DNA from: a plasmid
Direction: 5' to 3' (one strand)
Sequence record: NZ_CP014093.1
DNA length: 64,000 bases
A program made the translations under genes and the position numbers. Below the pieces are notes generated by a model, which did no database searches, was not told the DNA's origin, and saw only the letters and a program-made list of their open reading frames with translations. Positions 43,597-53,271 of the stretch are shown here, one piece after another (the first letter of the stretch is position 1; every line of letters begins with the position of its first letter).

Positions 43597-45246
43597 ATGG
43601 CAGATAAACGTTCTAACTTCAACAAACGCATTGAGGCGATTCATTTAGGCGCTCAAGCAATGCACAATCTGTGTGTCGAATCCCAATTCGATTCACAAAC
43701 AGGCATATTTCTAACTGACGACAATTCTCGTGGCGCGGCTATTTTGTCAGCCATTGCGAATGAGCCTATGTTCGAGTCAGTGTCTCAAGAAACAGCGGTT
43801 AGCATCGTATCAGGCATGCAGTCTGCGGTGCGTGAATACGAAAATACTTACGGCCACCTACCTAGCGATGAGCTAATGGCATCAGCTCACGCAACTATGC
43901 GTAACATGATGATGCTAGAGGGTGCTAAGCGTGATGGCTCAACAGGCGCAATGATGCTTGAGTCTATCGGTCAATCTCTATCAACATCTGAGGGTGTTGA
44001 AATTCGTGCGAAGATGGTTGGCCTAGTGCTTCCTGTTCTTCTTGAGACAGCAACACTTGACGCTGTAACCATGATCCCAGCGGGTGCGAACGAAGTTGAG
44101 ATCTTCAAAGTTTACCGCCGCACTGGCTCAAACTTTGGTGACTTCGCAGCGGGTACTGAAATCGACCAAGCAACGGTTGGCCAATACTCGTCTATGCGTC
44201 AGCGCTACAAGTTTGTCTCTGAACAGCAACCAGACGGCACTAAGACAACTCACGTCTTTGACTCTAAGACTGACCTACAACACACCAAGTTTGAAATCCC
44301 ATTCACGAAGACATCTGTTTCCCTATTTATTAACCATAAACGTGTGGCTCGCGACCTAGACAGCAACGGTAGTCAAATAATGACAGGTACTCACAATGGT
44401 ATGGTTATTAACTGTCAGATAGACCATGCAAAAGGCAAAGTTACCGTCACTCCAACATCAGCCCTACCAGCAGGAACGGTTCTGCACATCGAGTTCGAAG
44501 TAGACATTGAAAGACGCCCTGACCTTATCCCAACGATCGACCATGATATGGACTCTCGTATACTGCGCCCACGTCAAAACGCAATCGCAGCAGACGCGAC
44601 TATTCAAGCGATGTTCACAATGCAACGCGAGTTTGGCCAAGATCTGAAATCTCTACAGATGAGCCACATGCGCAACACATTGGCATCGGAAAAAGCGACT
44701 CGCCACCTAGTAGATATGGACTTTGCTTGTACGCGCGAAGAAACATTCAATATCTACGTAGCGGCTGGTGAAGATTGGCGTCTACATCGTGAACGTCTAA
44801 ACGAAGTTCTTCTAAACGTTTCTACGAAGATCCTACAAGCGACTCGCACAACTGGCATGACAGGTATCTTTGCTGGTACTGGCGCGTCAACAATCCTTAA
44901 GTCACTAGGTGCTCCATATTTCGTAGCTCCGGCTAACTACCAACAGAAAAACGCTATCCACTACGCAGGTAAGTTGTTCGGCATGTGGAAAGTGTTCGAG
45001 TGTCCGGTAGTGATCGGTACGAACGACATGCTTTGTTACGGTCGCGGTTCTTCTCACTCAGAAGCGGGCTACGTAGCAGGTGATGCAATCGCAGCAACCA
45101 TGTACACGCATCCAATCGGTAAAGGTCTAGTAGCGTCTAACACGCTATACGAACTGGCCTACGGCGAAATCCATCCATTCGACGGAGAAGACTACTTCTA
45201 CCGCGTGAAACTTATCGATGAAGCTCCTGTAGCAGCAGCGGCATAA
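43597..45246 (+). CDS. phage structural protein, candidate T4 gp23-like major capsid protein
   Basis: C-terminal region (EAGYVAGDAIAATMYTHPIGKG...AYGEIHPFDGEDYFYRVKLI) parallels the gp23 C-terminus (DAGIYYAPYVALTPLRG...RYGIGINPFAE...AYFRRVYVKGI) as I recall it. Confidence 0.35.
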   Translation: MADKRSNFNKRIEAIHLGAQAMHNLCVESQFDSQTGIFLTDDNSRGAAILSAIANEPMFESVSQETAVSIVSGMQSAVREYENTYGHLPSDELMASAHATMRNMMMLEGAKRDGSTGAMMLESIGQSLSTSEGVEIRAKMVGLVLPVLLETATLDAVTMIPAGANEVEIFKVYRRTGSNFGDFAAGTEIDQATVGQYSSMRQRYKFVSEQQPDGTKTTHVFDSKTDLQHTKFEIPFTKTSVSLFINHKRVARDLDSNGSQIMTGTHNGMVINCQIDHAKGKVTVTPTSALPAGTVLHIEFEVDIERRPDLIPTIDHDMDSRILRPRQNAIAADATIQAMFTMQREFGQDLKSLQMSHMRNTLASEKATRHLVDMDFACTREETFNIYVAAGEDWRLHRERLNEVLLNVSTKILQATRTTGMTGIFAGTGASTILKSLGAPYFVAPANYQQKNAIHYAGKLFGMWKVFECPVVIGTNDMLCYGRGSSHSEAGYVAGDAIAATMYTHPIGKGLVASNTLYELAYGEIHPFDGEDYFYRVKLIDEAPVAAAA

Positions 45247-45280
45247 GGCAAGTAAGCGGCAGTCTTACGGGCTGCCGCTC

Positions 45281-45724
45281 TTGGGGGATTCGATGAAAGA
45301 AACGATCGTTTTAATCACCAACCACACACCAAAGGAAATCACGGTTCAGGGTCGCGTTATGCCGCCACTGGCCAAAGATTTCCCTCTCTCAGTTTTCAAC
45401 GTGAACCGCTTCAAACACGAAGTGGAAGCGGCCTATCCAAACGGCCTCGTTTCGGTTCGCCTTGAGCCAACGGTTCTACCAGAAGTTCAAACGAAACCAG
45501 ACACAGCCACCAGCGACAAAGGCACAGCGCTATCCGCGCTTGAGCTTAGCGCGAGCGTTGAAAAAGCACTGATTAACCACGGTGTGACAACGGTTGAGCA
45601 ACTAACCGAAATGACGAAAGACAACGTGATTGCGGTGAAAGGTATTGCTCAAGCGGGTTTGCAAGAAATTGTCAGCCAGCTTGCAGCACAGAATCTAACG
45701 CTGAAAGAGACAGAGAATGAGTAA
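45281..45724 (+). CDS. phage protein with a C-terminal RNA polymerase alpha-CTD-like helix-hairpin-helix domain
   Basis: LSALELSASVEKALINHGVTTVEQLTEMTKDNVIAVKGIAQAGLQEI resembles the RpoA CTD pattern LELSVRSANCLK...I..VGDLV..TE.ELL...NLG.KSL.EI. Confidence 0.35.
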   Translation: MGDSMKETIVLITNHTPKEITVQGRVMPPLAKDFPLSVFNVNRFKHEVEAAYPNGLVSVRLEPTVLPEVQTKPDTATSDKGTALSALELSASVEKALINHGVTTVEQLTEMTKDNVIAVKGIAQAGLQEIVSQLAAQNLTLKETENE

Positions 45725-47291
45725 GATTGAATTTTCAATGGATAACGTCTCACAAGTTGCGGTTGCGCCAATTAACGCTGACTCGACAACTAAGCAAGGC
45801 ACTGGCTCTAACCAGCTAGTGTTTGGCGGTGTGATTGTGTCTCAAAAGGGTAAGCCGTTCGAAGTTATTCCGGTAACGGCGGCTAACTTCCTAGACAAAC
45901 TAGGCAAGCCTTACCACTCAAGCCTTGGCAAACTGGCTGACGGCATGCGCGTTCTTGATGAAGCCTTGCGCGGCGGTAATGGCCTTGTGGTTCGTGTCGT
46001 ACCAAAAACGGCAACCTATCCAGCTATCAAGCTAACCAAACCAGCAGACGAAGTGACGATCACTAACGAAGCGATCAACTACTCGGCTGACCTGTCACTT
46101 GAAGATGGCGAATTTTTAGCGATCGCTATCAAAGACGGTGCGCAATCCGATAACCGCTCTATCACGCTTGCGAAAGCAGACGAAGCGACTTACGGCGCTG
46201 GCATGTTCACTCTTACCCTAGAGGAAGAACAGGCGGCTGGTGGCTCTGTAGTGCTAGAAGAATGGGTTGTATCCCTAGAGCCTACAGCAGTAGACCAAAT
46301 GGGTAGCGCTGCGTTTATCGAGACTGTTCTTGAAGAACGTTCGCAGTACCTAACTTGTCGCATCGATGCAGAAGTAGCGAAACGCGAAGTTACTACAATT
46401 GCGAAAACCAAATTCACAGGCGCGACCAACGGCAATATTAGCGACATTACGGCTGACGATTACCAGAAAGCAGTGAAAGCACTACGCACTACCGTTTACA
46501 GCTATAACTACGTTTGTGGTTTGGGCTGCTACGAAACAGCGGTAATCACTGACCTAGCGCAAATCTGTAAAGACAAACGCATTTCTGGCTACTTCGATAT
46601 TGATCCTCGCCTAACGCACGAAGCGGCATTGGAGTTCAAAAAAGGTCTGAACTTCAACAACCATCGCGCTTCATTCGTGCATATGCCTTACCTCGCTAAG
46701 TGTCGTTTCTACGGCAACATGGCGGTATGGGGCGGCTCGGGTATCGGCTTTGCAGCTAAAGCGCTTGGTGTTGCTAAAACCTCTCCAGTCGGCGGTTGGC
46801 ACTACACACCAGCAGGTGTTGAGCGTGCTGTTATTCAGCGTACTAGCCTAAAACCAATCCAAGGTGCTGGCGAGCCTAACTACCAAGAAATGTACAAGGC
46901 ACGTCTAAACAAACTAGGCACAGACGAAAACGGCAACCTATTCATTGATGACTCTCTAACGTCATCTGCGGCTGAAAACTACCTACGTTTTGAGCAAATC
47001 GTGTCTATTGCTGACGCTATCTCACGCGACTTCTACGCACTAGGTAATCGCCTAAAACACCAACCTGACGGTGCAACGCTTGAGGGGCTAACTGACGGTA
47101 TGGCCAGCATCCTAGAGGGCTATGAAGCCGTTGGTGCGCTAGTGACACCTCGTAATCCAGATCAAGACGGCGAAAGCGCTTGGACACTGGAAATCAAGCA
47201 AGTCGAAATCGACTACTGGAAAGTCACTTGGTCGTTCTGTCCAACTGGCTCCGCACGTCGAATCCTTGGTGAACCTGTACTAATCCGTTAA
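45717..47291 (+). CDS. candidate contractile tail sheath protein
   Basis: 524 aa; sheath-like N-terminal pattern and C-terminal-domain size; position just before tube-like genes; not verified. Confidence 0.35.
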   Translation: MSKIEFSMDNVSQVAVAPINADSTTKQGTGSNQLVFGGVIVSQKGKPFEVIPVTAANFLDKLGKPYHSSLGKLADGMRVLDEALRGGNGLVVRVVPKTATYPAIKLTKPADEVTITNEAINYSADLSLEDGEFLAIAIKDGAQSDNRSITLAKADEATYGAGMFTLTLEEEQAAGGSVVLEEWVVSLEPTAVDQMGSAAFIETVLEERSQYLTCRIDAEVAKREVTTIAKTKFTGATNGNISDITADDYQKAVKALRTTVYSYNYVCGLGCYETAVITDLAQICKDKRISGYFDIDPRLTHEAALEFKKGLNFNNHRASFVHMPYLAKCRFYGNMAVWGGSGIGFAAKALGVAKTSPVGGWHYTPAGVERAVIQRTSLKPIQGAGEPNYQEMYKARLNKLGTDENGNLFIDDSLTSSAAENYLRFEQIVSIADAISRDFYALGNRLKHQPDGATLEGLTDGMASILEGYEAVGALVTPRNPDQDGESAWTLEIKQVEIDYWKVTWSFCPTGSARRILGEPVLIR

Positions 47292-47312
47292 TGAACAAAG
47301 AGCAAGAATAGA

Positions 47313-47981
47313 ATGAAATCAATGTTTTCTGAGGGTTCTGTTCTTGCTCGCCCATTTGTGATGCCACAAGTGGCCGAGCAGGAACAAACTGAAACTGCAT
47401 TTTTTGAGTCTGTAACAGAAGACCAACTTCTTGAGTCAATCAACCGTGCATCAACCATCATTGCTCGCCAAGACGCAGCAGCGGCTTGTGTTCAGTGGGT
47501 TAATGGTGGTGACAGCTCAATCGACAACCTAGACGCAATGCTATTTGGCATGGCTGGTGGCGATGACGATACCGAGCTAACCGATGGCCAAGCAGCGCTC
47601 TACGAATCGCTACAGGAAGCGGCTAGTGAGTTTATTGCTCAAGTTGGCCAGCCTAAAGATGGCGACATGCGAGAAGCACTGGAAGATCCAGAAGCGGCAG
47701 ATCGCATCTTTGAATCCCTAGAGCGTGGCCTAGACAACGTGGACTCAGACGAAGCGATCGCAGAGTTCGCCGTTCGTGAATCAATGATGCTCGAAGCGCT
47801 TAAGAAAGTGATCCGTGACGGCAAGGTAACTTACATCAAAACCAATCGCCGTAAGCGCCGTATGAGTGCAGCACAAAAAGCAGCACTTAAGAAAGCGCGC
47901 GCGAAAGCTCACAGCTCAGCAGCTAAAGCAGCTCGCAAAAAGTCTAACCGCATGCGCGATTCTCGCGGTATGGACAAGTAA
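47313..47981 (+). CDS. phage protein with an acidic body and a strongly basic C-terminal tail
   Basis: D/E-rich for ~170 aa, then KTNRRKRRMSAAQKAALKKARAKAHSSAAKAARKKSNRMRDSRGMDK. Confidence 0.3.
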   Translation: MKSMFSEGSVLARPFVMPQVAEQEQTETAFFESVTEDQLLESINRASTIIARQDAAAACVQWVNGGDSSIDNLDAMLFGMAGGDDDTELTDGQAALYESLQEAASEFIAQVGQPKDGDMREALEDPEAADRIFESLERGLDNVDSDEAIAEFAVRESMMLEALKKVIRDGKVTYIKTNRRKRRMSAAQKAALKKARAKAHSSAAKAARKKSNRMRDSRGMDK

Positions 47982-47990
47982 GGGTAAGCA

Positions 47991-48599
47991 ATGGCTGTAA
48001 TTGTCGGCGTACCTAATGATGATGGCGTGTCTATCCACAATAAATGCGCCATTACACAAGTCATAGGCGGTCAAGAGGTTACGGTCATTGGTTACATGAC
48101 TGATGAGTGTCAGCTTGCCTTTAGAGCGATATGGGAAGCCCCGTTTGAGGGCGATTCCGTGGGTAACATCAATGCCCTAGATAAAACGTCCTCAGTCGCG
48201 CAAACCGTGTCGGATAAGACGAGTAAAACACTATGGAACAGTCAGCAAGTTTGGCAAGGAAACGAACCGCCAGAAATCACAGCAACGCTGAAATTTGTCG
48301 CGTTCACCAATGCCAAATCAGAGGTTAATGATCCCATTAAATACCTGGCTCAGATGATAAGTCCCGAGCTGCAAAATACTGTTCCAGTCAGTTCCGATGG
48401 CCTTGGTGGCCGTGTTCCAAGTGATGCGAGATTCAAGATTGGCAAAGCGCTCAATCTACCTATGCGTATTAGCGAGGTGAGTTATGACATTAACGCACCT
48501 AAGACGCGAGACGGGAATTTCGCTTACAACACGGTAACTATTACTGCCGCTCCTAAGCAAATGATTAATCAGTCACAGATTCCGAACCACTTCCAATAG
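47991..48599 (+). CDS. phage structural protein (unknown)
   Basis: ORF only; tight spacing with neighbours. Confidence 0.3.
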   Translation: MAVIVGVPNDDGVSIHNKCAITQVIGGQEVTVIGYMTDECQLAFRAIWEAPFEGDSVGNINALDKTSSVAQTVSDKTSKTLWNSQQVWQGNEPPEITATLKFVAFTNAKSEVNDPIKYLAQMISPELQNTVPVSSDGLGGRVPSDARFKIGKALNLPMRISEVSYDINAPKTRDGNFAYNTVTITAAPKQMINQSQIPNHFQ

Positions 48600-48612
48600 A
48601 ATAGGTGTAATT

Positions 48613-49110
48613 ATGGCCGGAGCATTTAACGCAAAAGGCGATATGAATTTCTTAAAACAGAAATTCACTAAGAACGTCCAAGCTGGCGAAAAGATGATGG
48701 GTACAGAGTTCGAGATGAAAATCGAAGAATACCCTAATCTTAGCGTTTTGGTGCGTTCTACTCAGTTTCCAGCAATGGGTCGTGCAGACGTAGAAGATTT
48801 TGGCCAAATGGGCTTGGGCTACATCCAAAATGGTGCGCTTGAGAACAAAGGCGAAATCGCGGTGACGTGCGTAGAAACGATCACAGGTACAGTGCTAGAA
48901 ATGCTACGTGAGATCGTTCGTGAAAAGAAAATGGTCACTGTCGTTATCGAGTCTACGCCTGAATCAACTAAGGGTAAGGGTGCAACCTCGCATCGATTCC
49001 GCTTGGAGCACGTAAAAGTACGTTCAGACGTGATCGACCTATCGACAGAAGATTCAGCAGCACTTGTTAAGCCAGCTATCACACTGCAATACAACTGGGT
49101 AGATTTCTAA
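48613..49110 (+). CDS. candidate tail tube-like protein (165 aa)
   Basis: size and position after the sheath-like gene; weak similarity only. Confidence 0.3.
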   Translation: MAGAFNAKGDMNFLKQKFTKNVQAGEKMMGTEFEMKIEEYPNLSVLVRSTQFPAMGRADVEDFGQMGLGYIQNGALENKGEIAVTCVETITGTVLEMLREIVREKKMVTVVIESTPESTKGKGATSHRFRLEHVKVRSDVIDLSTEDSAALVKPAITLQYNWVDF

Positions 49111-49139
49111 TCGCCAACCAGTCCTATTCTATTCCCTAC

Positions 49140-49168
49140 AAAAAGGCCGCCAGTTTGGCGGCTTTTTT
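49140..49168. terminator. bidirectional terminator between convergent structural gene and fic
   Basis: aaaaaggccgccagtttggcggcttttttg. Confidence 0.6.
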
Positions 49169-49175
49169 GATGCTC

Positions 49176-50507
49176 TTAAGCTTTGGTTAGCCTATCTTTC
49201 AAGTCGGCTGGTGCAATGTAGGTGTTCTCGTTGCCATCCTTTGATTTGAACAGCAATTTCAGCTCCACCAGCTTCTCAAGATACTTGCGCGCAGAGGTAT
49301 GAGACACGTCAAAATCAGACTGAATTTCCTTAACTGAAAAGACACGTCCGGCTGTTTCTAATCCCTTGGCCAGAATCACAATGTGCGGCAGTTTCAACGC
49401 GCCCTTAAGCTTGGAGTCGTCTAGCAGTTCGCGCACCTCTCTCGTATCTTCAATCTTAGACTTGATGTACTCGTTAAAGCGCTCAATCGCATTGATGATG
49501 ACCGTTAGCTGGTAGTCCACAAAGTGCGTTAAGTCATTGTCGTCCGTTTCGGTGTAAACGTAGCTTCTAACGTACTTGGTTGGCGCGCTCTTAAGAGGTG
49601 CAGAGATCGAGACGTACTTAAAGTTTTCATAACCATGCTTAAGGATGAACCAGTAGAAAAGCGCCCTAGCCGTTCTTCCGTTTCCGTCCATGAATGGGTG
49701 AATGTAGCCAATCATAAAGTGCAGAATACAAGCCTTAACGATTGGATTAATAAAATTGGTGCTGGTGGTATGGTCGGTGTTGGCGAAGTCACATAGTTGC
49801 TCAATGAGCTTCAAAACGTGCTCATGTTCTGGCGCTTCGTGAATAATATCGCCAGTGGCCACGTCTCTAACCATGACCGCATCCGTTCTGTATTGGCCAG
49901 CAACGTGCTCATTCTCTAACACGCCATTGGTGGCTATTTCATTAAATCCGCTAATCAATTCCGGTGTGAGCTCTACATCCTTGAAATCGTCAGCCATCAT
50001 GATCAAATGCCAGTTATTGATAATCATCCGTTCGGAGTCATCTTGCGGCTCACGTTCTGTTTCAAGCATTTCCTTGGCCACCTTGCGCGTTGTGGCAGCT
50101 CCCTCCAATTGGGCGCTGTTAATGGCTTCTTCCATAATCACGCTTTTCACTAGGTGTGCCTTTTTGTCTTGAGCAGATAGCGGCAAATCTTCTAGTTTGA
50201 GCTGTTTATCGATGCGGAATAGCTTAGCGTCGAGACTGGCGGCACTAAGCTTGAATGGATTGCCGTTTTCATCAACAAGCGAAATGTCGTTAAGGCCACG
50301 TCTAATTTTTAGGGCATGCCAAGCGTAGCTCTTTTGGTCGCCTTTAAACTCTTTTGAACGGTACTGAAAGTCATTCCAATGCAAGTAGTTACCGCTACTA
50401 TCAAACCCGTATTTAATTGGGTCTAGCTTGTCGATTAACTCTACTACTTTTATAAAATCAGTAGGTTTTGCTGGTGGGATGCTAACTCCCGCAATCTTTT
50501 GGCTCAT
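49176..50507 (-). CDS. Fic-family protein (AMPylator/Doc fold) with a C-terminal winged-helix region
   Basis: canonical Fic motif HPFMDGNGRTARAL (HPFx[DE]GNGRxxR). Confidence 0.85.
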   Translation of the reverse strand: MSQKIAGVSIPPAKPTDFIKVVELIDKLDPIKYGFDSSGNYLHWNDFQYRSKEFKGDQKSYAWHALKIRRGLNDISLVDENGNPFKLSAASLDAKLFRIDKQLKLEDLPLSAQDKKAHLVKSVIMEEAINSAQLEGAATTRKVAKEMLETEREPQDDSERMIINNWHLIMMADDFKDVELTPELISGFNEIATNGVLENEHVAGQYRTDAVMVRDVATGDIIHEAPEHEHVLKLIEQLCDFANTDHTTSTNFINPIVKACILHFMIGYIHPFMDGNGRTARALFYWFILKHGYENFKYVSISAPLKSAPTKYVRSYVYTETDDNDLTHFVDYQLTVIINAIERFNEYIKSKIEDTREVRELLDDSKLKGALKLPHIVILAKGLETAGRVFSVKEIQSDFDVSHTSARKYLEKLVELKLLFKSKDGNENTYIAPADLKDRLTKA

Positions 50508-50765
50508 GCCGTGAAACTTTTTTAAAATGTTTAATACATCCAGTATTGCACACAGGCAGTGGGAGTCAATCGCTTATCTATCTACGAGTTGCAAGGGGTG
50601 TAATGCTTTGCTGAATACTTTCAATAGTACAGTTGCTCCCTTAACTGCCATCCCGATCGATCAATATTTTATGCCAGTGACCAACAACTGTCGGTAGACA
50701 TTAAAGTTCAAAACCTTTCGAATAGTTGGCTTTTCAGTAAGTCACTCTCAAATTCACTTCGTAAC

Positions 50766-50788
50766 ACTCATAAGTGCCCCATTATTGG
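50766..50788 (+). repeat. 23-bp direct repeat, copy 1 (actcataagtgccccattattgg)
   Basis: 21/23 identical to copy 2 at 54033-54055. Confidence 0.5.
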
Positions 50789-50957
50789 TAGACCTTTTAC
50801 TCATTCACATCCTTTTCATGGGTTTTCCCCTACAAAAATTTATCCATTCTTCTAGTGGTGTTCGTTTGTAAATCCCCGTGTATTACGGGGGTAAATTCCA
50901 CAATAGATTAAGGTGTAGCGAGTATGAACTAATTATACGGGTTTTAGATATGCAACA

Positions 50958-51479
50958 TTGTTATTGAGCGGAGAAAGTGGCAATCTATCAACAAGCGATA
51001 CATCCATCTCGCGCATAAATTTTAAGAAGTCTAAGGAGACAGTTTTGCAATCACGGATATCCATCCCAACAGATAATATATATAAGTTCTATGCCACGTT
51101 TGGACTTGTGCTTCTAATTTCAACCATGGCACTTTTTGTATTTGTTTACTCGACATTCCAGGCTAACTCTCATGCTCGTTACGTCGAACTTAAGGTACTT
51201 GCTTCTATGTCAGAGTTAACACCCGAGCAGTCGGCACGAAAGGACATTTTAGAGGCAAAAGAAGTAATCGACACTTCAGATAAAAAAACTTATATGGACG
51301 TGATTGCTTTCTTGTTGGCATCGTCACTCTTTTTACTAGCTTTCGGGTTTAATCGTTGGCATAAAAAAATTCAACCTTTACAGGATGAAATATTATTGAA
51401 ACAAAAAGAAAAAACTGAGCTAGAGATTAAATTTCTCAATAAACAGATGAATTCTTCCCGCATCAAGCGAGAAAAATAA
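50958..51479 (+). CDS. membrane protein (2 TM) in an AT-rich insertion
   Basis: hydrophobic segments; low GC. Confidence 0.35.
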   Translation: MLLSGESGNLSTSDTSISRINFKKSKETVLQSRISIPTDNIYKFYATFGLVLLISTMALFVFVYSTFQANSHARYVELKVLASMSELTPEQSARKDILEAKEVIDTSDKKTYMDVIAFLLASSLFLLAFGFNRWHKKIQPLQDEILLKQKEKTELEIKFLNKQMNSSRIKREK

Positions 51480-51550
51480 AATACTAGCAGTTGCTATTTT
51501 TAATGTTTTTAACGCATTTAATTCTCATGGAATATAGATATAAAGTTAAA

Positions 51551-52342
51551 ATGAGCAAAATATTTCATATAAATCATAAGGTGTCCGCATTCAAAAATGT
51601 GACTTTTTGGTTATTTCTATTAACACCTATGGTATCTGGACTTATACTTGGTTCTTTTGTCTGGTCTCCTTATAGCTTAGGTTTTGATAATCTAAGTTAT
51701 AAGTTTTTTTTGGACGTTAGCAAACTACCCTTAGGAATTATGGGATTATCGTTTCCCATAGTCGGTATTTACATGTTTCAGTTTAGAACGAAACAAGCAT
51801 CTGAGCTTTATCTAGTAAGTAGAAAGCGAGATATAGAAACTAATAAAGATAAATATTTAGATTCACTGATAGCTATGAGTTTAATTGTGTCTAGACTCAA
51901 TAATCACTTGCATGGTTTAGAGCAAGTTTTAAAAGTCAACTCATTAAGTTATGAGGAACTAACGGATAGGTTTAATAAAATTTATTCATTATGGGAAAGT
52001 GTTTTTTGCGACTCATTGTATACTTTTGCTTTGTCTCGTTTGAATCAGGAAATTAAGAAAGCAGATGCTTTATTTTTGGGAGCAAGCTTAGACCTTACAC
52101 TTAACAGAGCAGAAAGGTTTAGGCCTGGCTACTATTCTAACATTATAAATGAGTTGCATTTAATACATTTAAAGATATGTAAAGATGCATCTCACTGCAA
52201 ATGTGCATCGTTACAAGAAATATATACTGAGCAATCGCTATGTGGCTTGCCCTCAAATGATACTTTACGTGACCTAAACAATGAATTTGAAATAATAAAT
52301 GAATATGATGAGAAAATAAAAAATATTGAAAATAATAAGTAA
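51551..52342 (+). CDS. membrane-anchored protein (2 N-terminal TM plus ~200-aa cytoplasmic domain) in an AT-rich insertion
   Basis: start taken at MSKIFHIN; hydrophobic N-terminus; low GC. Confidence 0.35.
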   Translation: MSKIFHINHKVSAFKNVTFWLFLLTPMVSGLILGSFVWSPYSLGFDNLSYKFFLDVSKLPLGIMGLSFPIVGIYMFQFRTKQASELYLVSRKRDIETNKDKYLDSLIAMSLIVSRLNNHLHGLEQVLKVNSLSYEELTDRFNKIYSLWESVFCDSLYTFALSRLNQEIKKADALFLGASLDLTLNRAERFRPGYYSNIINELHLIHLKICKDASHCKCASLQEIYTEQSLCGLPSNDTLRDLNNEFEIINEYDEKIKNIENNK

Positions 52343-52411
52343 CGCATCTGCGTTAATATTTATTAGTAGGGCTCTTATGGTGATCCCTATTTAGATTAAA
52401 TAAAACTTCGT

Positions 52412-52792
52412 TTACACCATATTTTTTAACACTCGAGCATATTTGAGGATTTGATGAGCAACCTTTATATCATTCGATGCACCTAACTCAAGTAAAGCAA
52501 CCCCAATCAAGACTTGCTGCGCAGTAACCAACTGTCCTGTTGGCAGCTCTAATCGATCATGCCTCATTACGAAGTTTTTCCAATCTTCACAAGAGCTCAA
52601 TTCCCTCCCTTTATTCATCCTCATCAAGCGTTTACACTCTGGAGGAATTGATTTCCCCTTGTCCCATTCTTTGACCGTTCTCACAGTTTTTAAACAAGGT
52701 TTGGCAGCTTCTTCGACGGTTAAACCACATTCAAATTCACGAAAAATATAGTTTTTAGTCATTTCGTGATACTTCATTGAATTGTCCCTCAA
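52412..52792 (-). CDS. small HTH DNA-binding protein (phage regulatory type)
   Basis: GLTVEEAAKPCLKTVRTVKEWDKGKSIP helix-turn-helix pattern. Confidence 0.4.
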   Translation of the reverse strand: MRDNSMKYHEMTKNYIFREFECGLTVEEAAKPCLKTVRTVKEWDKGKSIPPECKRLMRMNKGRELSSCEDWKNFVMRHDRLELPTGQLVTAQQVLIGVALLELGASNDIKVAHQILKYARVLKNMV

Positions 52793-53271
52793 AAGAGAGA
52801 CATTTTATAGGATACGCATATGCAATCGCATTCAACATAAGCGCCCAAAGTGCGTACTATACGAAAGCTTATTAACTGGCAATATTTGACTTACAAAGAG
52901 TTATTAATGAATTGCTAATCTTCGATTTTTCGTAACGCATTTTTATCCAGAAGTGTGCTGACGGATCGTGTAACACAAAAATGCCCCAAACCTTGCTAGC
53001 AATGATGATTCGTTCAATCTCATCATGGAAGTTTGAACTAGATTTTGTTATCCAAGTGATGCCTCAAGGTATGGGTTTTGTTAGTTTGACTAATGAGTTA
53101 GTATGAGATAAATTGTTAAATTAAGGCTGGATGGAAGCCTGCTCACTCCAATAAGGCAAACTCTTTCGAGAACCATAATCCTAAATTATATATTTTTTTC
53201 TTATTTATTTCGGCGGGAAGAAGAAAATTAGGAGTGGATTTACTTAGCTTTTCGTCTAGGTATATAAGATC

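Noticed and set aside
43597-45246. The 549-aa protein as a tail sheath.
   Set aside because: Its N-terminus lacks the sheath-like pattern, and its C-terminus parallels the gp23 major capsid C-terminus instead. The sheath candidate is the 524-aa ORF at 45717..47291. Both calls are low-confidence.
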